Source: Camelus dromedarius (Eukaryota). Taken from it: a DNA stretch of 64,000 nt. The stretch spans positions 14,136,001 through 14,200,000 of the forward strand of contig NC_087458.1 in NCBI RefSeq assembly GCF_036321535.1. Reading direction: 5' to 3'. Below, in pieces: positions 63,510-64,000 of the stretch; positions within the stretch are counted from its first letter, which is position 1, and each line of letters opens with the position of its first letter. Under the pieces are notes generated by a model. It saw only the letters and a list, made by a program, of their open reading frames with translations. It was not told the DNA's origin and did not search any database. The position numbers and the translations under genes were made by a program.

Positions 63510-63950
63510 TTGCTGTCATTCATTCATTCACTTATCATTCAGCCGACACTTACTGAGACCTCAGTCGCCAAGGATACACCAAGGGACAAAACAGATGAAG
63601 TCCCTGACCTCATGGAGCTTATGCAGTCTGATGGGAGAGATGGATGTCAAACAGACAGTCAGAGACATAAAGATGTCATTATAACCCGTGATAAGTACAA
63701 GGAAGAAAAAAATAATTGGATGAGATGAGAGACTATAGCAGGGGAATCTAATTTCAGTTGAAAGGTCAGTGCAGGTTTCCTTGGGAAAATGACAATTACA
63801 CTCAGATCTAAAGGATGAGTAGGATTCAGCTGAGGGGAGAAAAGAGAAGTTGGGGGAGGGTGTATGAGGCAGAGGGAAGGCAGGGGCTAAGAGCCCTGTG
63901 GAGGGAGTGAGCTTTGTGCATCCAACAAGCTGAGGAATAAAAATGTTCAG
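63510..63950 (-). mobile_element. L2 LINE fragment
   Basis: cattcattca...ccctgacctcatggagctt...gatctaaaggatgagtagga. Confidence 0.8.
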
Positions 63951-64000
63951 GTCTCTCTTCCCCTTTAGATGACCTGGCCTTCAAGAGTTCCATGGTTCCA

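Overview
Mammalian genomic DNA containing the complete RXRG gene (retinoid X receptor gamma) on the minus strand. It has 10 coding exons, from ATG 59001 to TGA 17746, totalling 1392 nt (463 aa). All introns are GT-AG with consistent phases. The young L1 3' ends and the absence of Alu, B1/B2, Bov-A/BovB, PRE1 and CanSINE point to a cetartiodactyl, probably a camelid; this is an inference from repeat style. The rest is about 17 kb of downstream intergenic DNA and about 4.7 kb of upstream flank. These carry ordinary L1, L2, MIR, CR1/L3, MLT1, ERV1-LTR and hAT repeats, microsatellites and two assembly gaps. I find no second protein-coding gene, no RNA gene and no convincing new biological system. 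The best leads are regulatory: (1) four AUG uORFs plus a (GGC)10 tract in the exon-1 leader; (2) the internal RXRgamma2 promoter DR1 (GGTTGAAAGGTCA) with a candidate first exon; (3) a near-identical DR1 inside an upstream L2; (4) an RFX + 2x NF-Y module in intron 1; (5) a MIR-derived DR3; (6) downstream CTCF and RFX motifs; (7) 3'UTR Pumilio/CPE elements with tandem poly(A) signals. Chance estimates are rough hand calculations assuming uniform base composition. Comparisons with human/mouse sequence or literature are from memory and need checking.
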